Below, in pieces: positions 1-8,502 of a stretch of 64,000 nucleotides of DNA. Source of the stretch: a candidate division WOR-3 bacterium (lineage in GTDB: Bacteria > Hydrothermota > 32-111); assembly GCA_039804105.1 (NCBI GenBank), contig JBDRZU010000001.1, positions 1,325,685 to 1,389,684 of the forward strand, read 5' to 3'. A program made the translations under genes and the position numbers. Positions within the stretch are counted from its first letter, which is position 1. Each line of letters begins with the position of its first letter. The notes beneath the pieces are model-generated. The model saw nothing but the letters and a program-made list of their open reading frames with translations. It ran no database searches and was not told where the DNA came from.

Positions 1-280
1 CGGTTTTGAGAAAATAACCGAGGTCTTTTACAAGTAAAGGTTCTCCACCCCATAAAACATAGGTTGAAAATCCCATTTCCCAACCATTTTTCAAAATCTC
101 ACTTATTTTTTCTTTAGAAATAATAATTTCTTTCGGATCAGAATTTTTCCAGAAATCACAGAATTCGCATCTGCAATTGCAGGATAATGTTGGTTTATGA
201 TAAAGAATAAAAGGTCTTTTCTTTATGATAGAACTTATCGTTTTTATATAATATTTTATTCCTATATTTTGATCAAACAT
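1..280 (-). CDS. Radical SAM protein, N-terminal part (cut by window edge)
   Basis: Not in the ORF track. Manual translation from ATG at 280: MFDQNIGIKYY...TLSCNCRCEFCDFW...VLWGGEPLL, with CxxxCxxC and GGEP motifs. Confidence 0.85.
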   Translation of the reverse strand, partial: MFDQNIGIKYYIKTISSIIKKRPFILYHKPTLSCNCRCEFCDFWKNSDPKEIIISKEKISEILKNGWEMGFSTYVLWGGEPLLVKDLGYFLKT

Positions 281-286
281 ATATTG

Positions 287-315
287 ATTATATTTGTTTG
301 AAGAAAGTTTATCAA
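287..315 (-). promoter_or_regulatory. Putative sigma70 promoter of radical SAM gene (leaderless)
   Basis: Minus strand TTGATA-17-TATAAT, ending 6 nt before the ATG at 280. Confidence 0.55.
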
Positions 316-326
316 TAGTTGAACAC

Positions 327-354
327 TTGATTTTTGTTAAGGCAGGTTTATTAT
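327..354 (+). promoter_or_regulatory. Putative sigma70 promoter of carboxypeptidase gene (leaderless)
   Basis: TTGATT-16-TATTAT, ending 6 nt before the ATG at 361. Confidence 0.45.
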
Positions 355-360
355 AAAATT

Positions 361-2526
361 ATGAAAACAAAAATTTTATTTTTTATTATTCTTGTTATCT
401 TTATAAAGTCTTTTGCGGAAATAAGGATTCTTGTTGATAAGAACGATTTTGATCTTCTGAAAAAAGATTTGAAATCTATCGATATAATAGGATTTGAAAA
501 GGATAAAAATTATCTTCTTAATCTTACAGATGAAGATTTAAAAATAGTTAACAGTTTGAATTTAAAGTATAAAATCTATGAACCTAAAAGTTACAAAATC
601 GATTATAAAAGTTTAGCAGGATATTTTTCCTATATAGATTCTTTAGTTTTAAAATTCCAAAACATAGTAAAACTTGAAACTCTTGGTTTCACTTTCAACA
701 ACAATCCTCTTGTGATCTTAAAAATCAATGGAATAGATGCTTCCAACTACTCAGGACAGAACACTTTTCTGTTGATGGCTTTACATCATGCAAGAGAATG
801 GCAAACAACAGTTACAGCAATATTTTTTGCAGAATCTTTACTTGCTTCTTATGGAAAGGATAGTTTGATAACGGAACTTATAGATAAAAATTTTATAATA
901 ATATTTCCTATAGTTAACCCCGATGGATACTATTATTCACACGATGATCCTTCAGGTGATAATTACTGGAGAAAGAACAGAACATATAGAAATGGTTATT
1001 ATGGAGTTGATCTGAATAGAAACTATGGGGGAGCATGTAATCGAATAATTCAGAGTGATTGGGGTTATCCATCAGGTATAACACATAACCCTTCTGATCT
1101 TTATACATACTGTGGACCCTATCCATCGAGTGAAATTGAGGTCAGATGTGTTGAGGATATTGTAAAAAACTATAATGTGAAAATTTCTTTGTCACTTCAC
1201 TCCTATGGAGAAGATATTCTTTATCCATGGACTTCCGTTTACAACTTTACTCTCGATGAACATATAATAACAGATTTTGCTTACAGGATAGCATCCAGAA
1301 TGAAAAAAAATAGTGGAGAACCTTATGATACTTTAAGGTCTGCTGCTTTATATGCAACAACAGGTGATACTGATGATTGGATCTATGGGTTTTCAAAATT
1401 TGTTAAAGGTAAAACAACGATTCCTTTTACTGTTGAAATGGATAACACTTTTCAGCCACCCGCATCAACCCTTGATATTTTATGCAGAAATGTTTTCCCT
1501 GGTTTTTTGGAAGGATTAATTTTAACTGACAGTGTTGAGGAAAAAACCGAAGAGATACCTTTAAAACCTAAAGTCGAAATCGTTTCGGATTCCCTTTTTT
1601 GGACACTTCAAAATGGTGAATTTTCAGATTTTTATAGAGTAAAAATATATTCAGGAATGGAAAAATTAATTGATAGTTTAAACGATCCTGATCTTTATAA
1701 CTTGATAAACATAAATATCGATTCGTCAGTATACTATTCTCCAAAATACTCTTTCCATCCAAAAAATCTTAACAGCTCGTTTTCGATAATAGAGGGCAAA
1801 TATAAAAAACAATATTTCACAAACGATACATTTTATATGATGTTAAGATATGACCTTGAAAAGGATTATGATGTGCTGCTTGTAGAATATTCAACAGATG
1901 GGTTCGAGTATCACCCGATAGATACAAATTTTTACAAGTTTACTGGAACGAATCTGAACTGGAACCTTTTGAAAATTCCTTTTAAAGGGGATACAAACTA
2001 TATATTTTTAAGAATCAGAACACTCTTTGATCCATTCACTTTAAACAGTGGTGTCTGGATTGACAATATTGGTTATCTGACCTCATTTAAAAGTGATTCG
2101 ATATTTAAAGATTCTATTGTTGACACAACGATGTTGATTGAGATCCCAACAGTTGTTCAGACGCATAAGAATTTTTTTGAAGTTATTCCCCATAAAAATA
2201 ATTTCGGTTTTACAGTTTCTTCAGATTATATAGAATATTATTTTCCTCTATCTTTACCACCGATTTTTCTTGATAGTTTAAAAGTTGAGGATTACAGTAT
2301 CGAATTTGATTTTAAAGAAAAACAACTAATTTTAAAATCTCTGCTTACAAAGAGAAAAGATCTATTGTTGAAAATATACGATCTGAGTGGAAAAAGGATT
2401 TACTTTGAAAAATTTTCTTTTGAAAAAGAAAAGAAGATCGATTTAAAATTTTTGAAGAGTGGAAGATATTTCTTGCTTTTTGAAGGCAAAGACAGAAAAA
2501 AATATTCGGTTTTGATTTTAAAATGA
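361..2526 (+). CDS. Secreted M14 zinc carboxypeptidase (carboxypeptidase T-like) with beta-sandwich domain and T9SS-like C-terminal domain
   Basis: Signal peptide from ATG 361. M14 motifs HHAREW, NPDG, WRKNR, GVDLNRN, LHSY. C-terminal IYDLSGKRI...LKSGRYFL resembles a T9SS type A sorting domain. Confidence 0.85.
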   Translation: MKTKILFFIILVIFIKSFAEIRILVDKNDFDLLKKDLKSIDIIGFEKDKNYLLNLTDEDLKIVNSLNLKYKIYEPKSYKIDYKSLAGYFSYIDSLVLKFQNIVKLETLGFTFNNNPLVILKINGIDASNYSGQNTFLLMALHHAREWQTTVTAIFFAESLLASYGKDSLITELIDKNFIIIFPIVNPDGYYYSHDDPSGDNYWRKNRTYRNGYYGVDLNRNYGGACNRIIQSDWGYPSGITHNPSDLYTYCGPYPSSEIEVRCVEDIVKNYNVKISLSLHSYGEDILYPWTSVYNFTLDEHIITDFAYRIASRMKKNSGEPYDTLRSAALYATTGDTDDWIYGFSKFVKGKTTIPFTVEMDNTFQPPASTLDILCRNVFPGFLEGLILTDSVEEKTEEIPLKPKVEIVSDSLFWTLQNGEFSDFYRVKIYSGMEKLIDSLNDPDLYNLININIDSSVYYSPKYSFHPKNLNSSFSIIEGKYKKQYFTNDTFYMMLRYDLEKDYDVLLVEYSTDGFEYHPIDTNFYKFTGTNLNWNLLKIPFKGDTNYIFLRIRTLFDPFTLNSGVWIDNIGYLTSFKSDSIFKDSIVDTTMLIEIPTVVQTHKNFFEVIPHKNNFGFTVSSDYIEYYFPLSLPPIFLDSLKVEDYSIEFDFKEKQLILKSLLTKRKDLLLKIYDLSGKRIYFEKFSFEKEKKIDLKFLKSGRYFLLFEGKDRKKYSVLILK

Positions 2527-3413
2527 AAGAGGAAGTTCTTGAATTTCTTGAATATCTGAAAAGCAATAAAGGATATTCTGAAAATACCATAAAGTCTTAT
2601 GAAGATGATCTTGATCAATTCATTTATTTTCTAAAGGAAAATCAAATAAACGATTTTAAATCGGTAAAAAGGAACGATATAAGAAGTTTCATAACTTTTC
2701 TTATCGAATCAAAACTTTCAAAACGGTCCATCACAAGAAAAATATCGACACTAAAAACATTTTTCAAATTTTTGAAACATAAAGAGATAATAGAAAATGA
2801 TCCAATGGCTTTCTATAAAGGGCTAAAGTCTGAAAAAAAATTGCCGCAGACACTTTCTGTTGCTATTGTTTCAAAATTTCTGGATTCATTTAAAGATGAT
2901 GATTTTCTGGAGTTAAGGGATCACCTTATTTTTGAAATCCTTTACGGCTGTGGCACAAGATCGAATGAACTTATAAACATTGAAGATAAAGATATTGACC
3001 TTGAAAATAGGATAATAAGAATAGAGAAGGGGAAAGGGGATAAAGAAAGAATAGTTCCGTTTAACAATAAAATAAAAGAGTTGATCATAAAATATATACC
3101 TTTAAGGGATAAAATCAGAAGACAAGAGTGTAAAACACTTTTGATTTCAAGAAATGGGAAAAAACTTGATAATAGTATAATCAGGAAAATTGTAAAAAAA
3201 AGAATCAAAAATTTTGCTGAAATATCGAACATTTCTCCACACACTTTAAGACATTCTTTTGCCACACATCTTTTAAATGGTGGAGCTGATATCAGGTTTG
3301 TTCAGGAACTTCTTGGGCATTCTTCGATAGGAACTACACAAATATATACGCATACATCAGTTGAAAGATTGATAGATGTTTACAACGATTGTTTTAAAAG
3401 AAATGATCAATAA
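2523..3413 (+). CDS. xerC: Tyrosine recombinase XerC/XerD
   Basis: N-terminal SENTIKSY..DL; catalytic GTRSNEL, KGKGDKER, HTLRHSFATHLL, LGH, TQIYTH; 296 aa. XerC vs XerD not resolved. Confidence 0.9.
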   Translation: MKEEVLEFLEYLKSNKGYSENTIKSYEDDLDQFIYFLKENQINDFKSVKRNDIRSFITFLIESKLSKRSITRKISTLKTFFKFLKHKEIIENDPMAFYKGLKSEKKLPQTLSVAIVSKFLDSFKDDDFLELRDHLIFEILYGCGTRSNELINIEDKDIDLENRIIRIEKGKGDKERIVPFNNKIKELIIKYIPLRDKIRRQECKTLLISRNGKKLDNSIIRKIVKKRIKNFAEISNISPHTLRHSFATHLLNGGADIRFVQELLGHSSIGTTQIYTHTSVERLIDVYNDCFKRNDQ

Positions 3414-4303
3414 CTTTTTCCGTTATCGATAAGATTTTTGGATATACCAATTTTTAGATTTTTCAAAGAATTTTTGTTGTAAAAAAATTGAACAGAATCA
3501 GTTTTCGAGAAACCTATCTCTTCAGGTTTTTCCCCATTATATAATCTTATAGCAAGGTTTCCACAGAGGTATCCGTGATATGACGGGTCTGGTGAGATCG
3601 CAAAGGTTGCTCCGTTTTTTACAAAGGTTGAATATGGAGCGATTATTGGGATATTTTCGCTTTTTGAAATTTTTAGAAGATTTTCAAATCCTTCCTTAGA
3701 GGTTATAAGTTTGTCTTTACCAAGCCATAATGCCTTTATCCCCACAGTTTTTAAAAGTTTGAAAGTTAAAGGAAGATCATCTAAACTTGAAATATTACCA
3801 AGTTCAACAAATAACCCTTCCTCTTCTGCGATGGTTTTAAACTTTTTTGCATATTCTAAAGAATTATCAACTGAAAAAATTAAACCCAAAGAATCATAGA
3901 GAGGCATATTATTTTTCATCCAGGAAAAAATAGTTTTTTCATTAAGATCAAAGATAACACCACACACATTTTTTTTATTTTTAATGTTATTTGGAACACT
4001 TGTAACCATAGACACTATAAGAGGAATTGAATCTATCTTTTCTGCGATCTCTTTTACTGCAAAATAACCAACAAGAAGGGCAGTTGATGGTTTCTCATTT
4101 TTTATCTTTTCCACAATAAAATCAACATTTTTTTGCTCGTTGTTCAAGTTGAAATACACAAGATCATATTCGGCTCTTTCTTTAAAAGAATAAAGCATTG
4201 GAGAATATATTTCGTTATCCTCAGATTGGATTATATATATATTAAATGAGAAGATTTTTAGGAATAAAAATATTAGAAACAAAAATACACTAATTTTTTT
4301 CAT
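3407..4303 (-). CDS. ABC-type substrate-binding protein family (orphan, no adjacent permease)
   Basis: Signal peptide from ATG 4303. V..GA.FAISPD...G...G.LA.R...G.KPEEI pattern. Similar to 52773-53645. Confidence 0.65.
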   Translation of the reverse strand: MKKISVFLFLIFLFLKIFSFNIYIIQSEDNEIYSPMLYSFKERAEYDLVYFNLNNEQKNVDFIVEKIKNEKPSTALLVGYFAVKEIAEKIDSIPLIVSMVTSVPNNIKNKKNVCGVIFDLNEKTIFSWMKNNMPLYDSLGLIFSVDNSLEYAKKFKTIAEEEGLFVELGNISSLDDLPLTFKLLKTVGIKALWLGKDKLITSKEGFENLLKISKSENIPIIAPYSTFVKNGATFAISPDPSYHGYLCGNLAIRLYNGEKPEEIGFSKTDSVQFFYNKNSLKNLKIGISKNLIDNGKSY

Positions 4304-5576
4304 AAATGATGCCTTTTTTACCAATATCTGTCCTATAAAAAGTGTTATCGATATTTATTTTTTTAATATTAGTGTAAACTCTTTCAATCGATTTTTCAAG
4401 GGTGGTGTCAAACGAAGTTATATTTAAAATTCTTCCTCCCGTATTTTCATAAATATTGTTTTCAATCTCCTTTGATGAAGCATGGAAAAGTATTGTTTTA
4501 TTATCAAAAATTTTTTCATCGATTGAAAATTTGATTCCCTTTTTGTAGTCGTCAGGGTAACCTTTTGCTGCTATTACAACAGTTGTAGCATAAAAATTGT
4601 TTAATTTGATATCTTTTGTTTTCAATTCACCTGATGCTATTTCAAGCATTATATCGTAAAGGGAAGAGTCCAATAAAGGAATTATCGATTGTGTTTCTGG
4701 ATCACCGAATCTTGCATTGAATTCAACAACAAATATGTCACTACCGCTCACCATAAGGCCAGCATACAATAGTCCCTTGAATGGCTTTCCTTCTTTTCTT
4801 AGTGCATAAAGAATAGGATCAACAATTTTTTCAACACTTTTATCAACGAGTTTTTGATTAAGAAGTTTGCATGGAGCATAGGAACCCATACCTCCGGTGT
4901 TTGGTCCACTATCGTTATCAAAAGCTTTTTTATGATCCTGGGCAGGGGGAAGAAGTAAAAATTTTTCCCCATCTGTTAAAATAAAAAGTGAACATTCATC
5001 ACCTGATAAGAACTCTTCAAAAACCAATCTTTTGGCAGCTTCTTTAAAAATGTTTCTATGATAAATATCTTCCAGAGCTTTATTGAAATCATCATCATTT
5101 TTAATTATCAAAGCACCTTTTCCTCCTGCAAGTCCTGAAACCTTGATAACGAATGGAAATGAAAATTTTCTTTTAAAATCTTTTGTTTCTTCAAGAGAGT
5201 TTGAAATCTCATACCTTGCTGTTGGAACATTGTATTTCTTCATCAGATTTTTAGCAAACGACTTATCGGTTTCAATCTTTGCGCTCTCCTTTGATGGTCC
5301 AAAAACTTTTATTCCTTTTGATTCTAAAATGTCTACCGCCCCTTCATCCAAAAATTTTTCTGGTCCTATAACAACCATCTGTATATCTTTTTCTTTAACA
5401 AATTCTGCAAGATCTTCGTAAAAATTTGATTTTGAAAATTCGGGAGATTTCAAAGAATAACTTGCTATTGTTGGGTTTGGATCGTATGAGTAAACGAGTG
5501 CTTTATCTCTGTTCAACTTATAACAAAGAGCTGATTCCCTTCCACCATTTCCAAGTAAAAAGAGATTTCTTTTCAT
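4290..5576 (-). CDS. purD: Phosphoribosylamine-glycine ligase
   Basis: LGNGGRE, VIGPE, GLAGGKG, QDHK, GPNTGGMGSYAP, EFNARFGDPE, YRTDIG. Confidence 0.97.
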   Translation of the reverse strand: MKRNLFLLGNGGRESALCYKLNRDKALVYSYDPNPTIASYSLKSPEFSKSNFYEDLAEFVKEKDIQMVVIGPEKFLDEGAVDILESKGIKVFGPSKESAKIETDKSFAKNLMKKYNVPTARYEISNSLEETKDFKRKFSFPFVIKVSGLAGGKGALIIKNDDDFNKALEDIYHRNIFKEAAKRLVFEEFLSGDECSLFILTDGEKFLLLPPAQDHKKAFDNDSGPNTGGMGSYAPCKLLNQKLVDKSVEKIVDPILYALRKEGKPFKGLLYAGLMVSGSDIFVVEFNARFGDPETQSIIPLLDSSLYDIMLEIASGELKTKDIKLNNFYATTVVIAAKGYPDDYKKGIKFSIDEKIFDNKTILFHASSKEIENNIYENTGGRILNITSFDTTLEKSIERVYTNIKKINIDNTFYRTDIGKKGIIYEKN

Positions 5577-6124
5577 AGATTAAAGTCCTCTTCAGAGAAT
5601 ATTTCGGCTTGAAACTTATAAATCTGTGTATCTTTTTCTTTATAGCAATCAGGATAAAGCCCTGCCTTTAAACAGGTTTGTTTCAAAAATTGTTCTCTAT
5701 CATAGCCCCATTCGGTTGCAACCTGGGGAAGCAATAAACCACTTCGAAAACCTTTTTTAACAAGTAGCCCATCTTTTCCCACAGTTATATCTTTTAGATC
5801 TTGAACTTTTTGAAGTGGAGTTAAAACAGAAATTTCGATCTTTACTCTTTCAAATTCCTCAAGAGTCAAAGGATAAAATCTCGGATCGTTAAATGCTGCT
5901 TCTATAGCCATCTGTGAAACTGCTTTATAAAGTTCCATAACAGGTTGAATATAACCTATACATCCTCTCAAATCGCCATCGATTTTCAATGTTACAAAAC
6001 ATCCAGATTTCTTTTTCAATTCCTCGCTTTCCGGTTCAGTTAAAATTAAACTTTCACCATTCAATTCTTTAAGGATCGTTTGCCTTGCGAGTTTTAAAAG
6101 ATAAATTTTATCTTTGTTATCCAT
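5573..6124 (-). CDS. amrA: AmmeMemoRadiSam system protein A (AMMECR1 domain)
   Basis: GCFVTL, LRGCIG, AAFNDPRF, EISVLTP, GLLLPQVA, CLKAG. Confidence 0.93.
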   Translation of the reverse strand: MDNKDKIYLLKLARQTILKELNGESLILTEPESEELKKKSGCFVTLKIDGDLRGCIGYIQPVMELYKAVSQMAIEAAFNDPRFYPLTLEEFERVKIEISVLTPLQKVQDLKDITVGKDGLLVKKGFRSGLLLPQVATEWGYDREQFLKQTCLKAGLYPDCYKEKDTQIYKFQAEIFSEEDFNL

Positions 6125-6947
6125 TTTTTACTCCAACAAAAGAAGTGTATCCAACAGTATAACCCGAGTAATCGTTTGTGACATCAGCGCTTGTTATATG
6201 GTGAAGTTGTACAAAGTTTTTTATATTGTACTTTTTATTTAAAAGCAAAATCAAAGTGATCGGCCCAAAGCCACACGCAGGAGAATTTCCAGAAATTTCC
6301 TCTTCAACTATATAATCGTAGAAAAGTTTATAGTCATTTGAAGAAATTTTTAAAATAGTTTTTTTATCTGTTTCGATTGCTTCATCATAATCGTTTCCAT
6401 GATAGAGATCTGAAGATGCAATGAAACATGTCTTTGACAGGTTGAATTCTGAAATCTTTTCAACAAAATCGAGAGCATTTTCAACTGTCTGTTTGGCCAT
6501 TATCAATGGAACAAAAAGAAAATCTTTTGAAAAGATGTATCTTAAAAAGATCGATTGGACTTCAACCGAGTGTTCATCGTTATGAATGTTTTCATTGAAT
6601 ACAAAATTTTTTGATTTTAACCTGTTTAAAAAATCTCTATCGATTGTTATGTCTCCAAAAGGTGTTTCCCAGATCTCTGATTCAGGCATAACAAATCCAT
6701 CAAAAAGATGGTGATGGGATGGGCCAATGACAACTATTCTTTCTATATCTTTATCCTTTAACAGTTTGTAAAAGTGGTATGCTGTGAATCCTGAATAGAT
6801 GATACCTGCGTGAGGAACTATTCCTGTGAAAATTTCACCTTTGATTTTTTGATCTATGTTCTCATCGAATTTTTTAAAAAGTTTTTCTATTTGATTCGCA
6901 GAAGAAGGGTAAAAATAACCAGCAAATTTCGATTGTCTTTTTTTCAA
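6117..6947 (-). CDS. amrB: AmmeMemoRadiSam system protein B (Memo family)
   Basis: AGYFYP, VPHAG..YSG, GPSH, WETPFG, EHSVEVQ, ASSDLYH, CGFGP, VGY. Confidence 0.92.
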   Translation of the reverse strand: MKKRQSKFAGYFYPSSANQIEKLFKKFDENIDQKIKGEIFTGIVPHAGIIYSGFTAYHFYKLLKDKDIERIVVIGPSHHHLFDGFVMPESEIWETPFGDITIDRDFLNRLKSKNFVFNENIHNDEHSVEVQSIFLRYIFSKDFLFVPLIMAKQTVENALDFVEKISEFNLSKTCFIASSDLYHGNDYDEAIETDKKTILKISSNDYKLFYDYIVEEEISGNSPACGFGPITLILLLNKKYNIKNFVQLHHITSADVTNDYSGYTVGYTSFVGVKNG

Positions 6948-7831
6948 ATTTTCTCCTTTTTCAAGCCCATATCAATCACTGTTTTTTCAACGAGTTTTTT
7001 GTTATTTTCCGATAAAGGAGCGAGAGGTAATCTTAACTCTCCGGAATCGAGATTTAAAAATTTCATGCAATATTTTACAGGAACCGGATTTGTTTCAACG
7101 AATAAAACTTTTGAAAGCGGATATAGAAATTCATGAAGTTTCCTGCACTCCTCTAAATCGTTTGCATAGAAGAGTTCGAATAATGATTGCATATAATCTG
7201 GAACAACATTTGATATGGTTGAAATTATACCAACACCTCCAACTGAAAGTAAGGGTAAAAACAAAGAGTCCTCACCAGACATAACAGAAAATCCCTTTTT
7301 AGCTTTCAAAAGTATTTCCGTTGTCTGGTTTATATTCCCACTCGCTTCTTTTATACCAACTATATTTTTTATCTCTGAAAGATAAGCAACAGTCTCAGGT
7401 AAAATATTTACACCTGTTCTTGATGGAACATTGTATATGACTATTTCAAGTTTTGTTGATTTTGCTACCTTTTTAAAATGTTCAACGAGTCCCTGCTGGT
7501 TTGGTTTGTTGTAATATGGTGTTATAACAAGAGCATAATCGACTCCGATACTTTCAGCTATTTTTGTTTTTTCAATAGTTTTTTCCGTGTTGTTTGTGCC
7601 TGTTCCAGCAATAAGATAAGCATTTTTCTTATTCGAATTTGCAACTCTTACAACTTTTTCCCATTCATCATCGGATAAAGCGGGTGATTCTCCAGTTGTG
7701 CCACATGCAAGAATTCCCGAAACATTTTTATCGAGTTGTCTTTTGATCTGTTTTTTAAACAGTTCAAAATCAATATTTTTGTCCTTTTTGAAAGGAGTTA
7801 TCAAAGCAGTGCAACAACCTTTTAATCCCAT
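6944..7831 (-). CDS. dapA: 4-hydroxy-tetrahydrodipicolinate synthase
   Basis: ALITPF, GTTGES, PYYNKP, YNVPSRTG, GIKEASG, ETNPVPVK, LRLPL. Confidence 0.96.
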   Translation of the reverse strand: MGLKGCCTALITPFKKDKNIDFELFKKQIKRQLDKNVSGILACGTTGESPALSDDEWEKVVRVANSNKKNAYLIAGTGTNNTEKTIEKTKIAESIGVDYALVITPYYNKPNQQGLVEHFKKVAKSTKLEIVIYNVPSRTGVNILPETVAYLSEIKNIVGIKEASGNINQTTEILLKAKKGFSVMSGEDSLFLPLLSVGGVGIISTISNVVPDYMQSLFELFYANDLEECRKLHEFLYPLSKVLFVETNPVPVKYCMKFLNLDSGELRLPLAPLSENNKKLVEKTVIDMGLKKEKI

Positions 7832-7839
7832 ATTACCTC

Positions 7840-8502
7840 CTATTTTACATACATACTATCCATTGTAAGTGGTGGATTTATTTTTATATTCTGATAATGG
7901 ATATCTTCAACAACATCCCCCTTTTCAAAATTGTAGAAACCTATCAAAAGATTGTTTTCATCGAAAAACATTTTTGTTTCATCAAATCTGTATTTTTCAA
8001 GGTTTATGTTTTTTATATGTATAAAATTTGTTTTAACCCCTTTGAATTTTGCTTCACCTGTAAAAATTTCAACACCATTATCATCTAATATATCTAAAGT
8101 TCTGTTCAAAACATAAGGCCAGTCGGATTCTGCTATAGTGATACCTCTTATATTTTTTACTAATGAATTCGATAGATCTAAAGTCAATTTTATTTTTGAA
8201 AGTATGCCACCCTGTCTTCCGGTTACCTTTTGAGTTTTACAGTCAAAAAATGCTTTGCTGCCAATTCGATCACCTTTTATTGACTCCATTCTTATATACT
8301 TTGGCTTTAAAAATTTATAATCCCAGTAATTATCCGTCGATTTGTTGTTTGATTTCACATATTCATGAAGTATACATGTGTATGTTGTGGTTGTATCAAG
8401 AATGGATTTAAAAGAGTTTAGAATTTTTAGAGATTCCTCCTTTTGGTCAGAAAAAAGTGTCAGGGAAACAAACAAAAAAACAATAACAAAAAATTTTTTC
8501 AT
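7840..8502 (-). CDS. Exported protein, possibly LolA-like/DUF1571-like fold
   Basis: Signal peptide. KFLKPKYIRME and C-terminal Y.NIKINP.L pattern resemble LolA-like lipoprotein-sorting proteins. Confidence 0.5.
   Translation of the reverse strand: MKKFFVIVFLFVSLTLFSDQKEESLKILNSFKSILDTTTTYTCILHEYVKSNNKSTDNYWDYKFLKPKYIRMESIKGDRIGSKAFFDCKTQKVTGRQGGILSKIKLTLDLSNSLVKNIRGITIAESDWPYVLNRTLDILDDNGVEIFTGEAKFKGVKTNFIHIKNINLEKYRFDETKMFFDENNLLIGFYNFEKGDVVEDIHYQNIKINPPLTMDSMYVK

Noticed and set aside
1..280. Radical SAM gene as the missing amrS
   Set aside because: It lacks the extra N-terminal Cys cluster and CQN-type motif I expect in AmrS, and it is separated from amrAB by opposite-strand genes.
2523..3413. 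Integron integrase or prophage integrase
   Set aside because: Length and motifs fit housekeeping XerC/D. I see no IntI-specific insertion, attC-like array, phage genes or adjacent tRNA.
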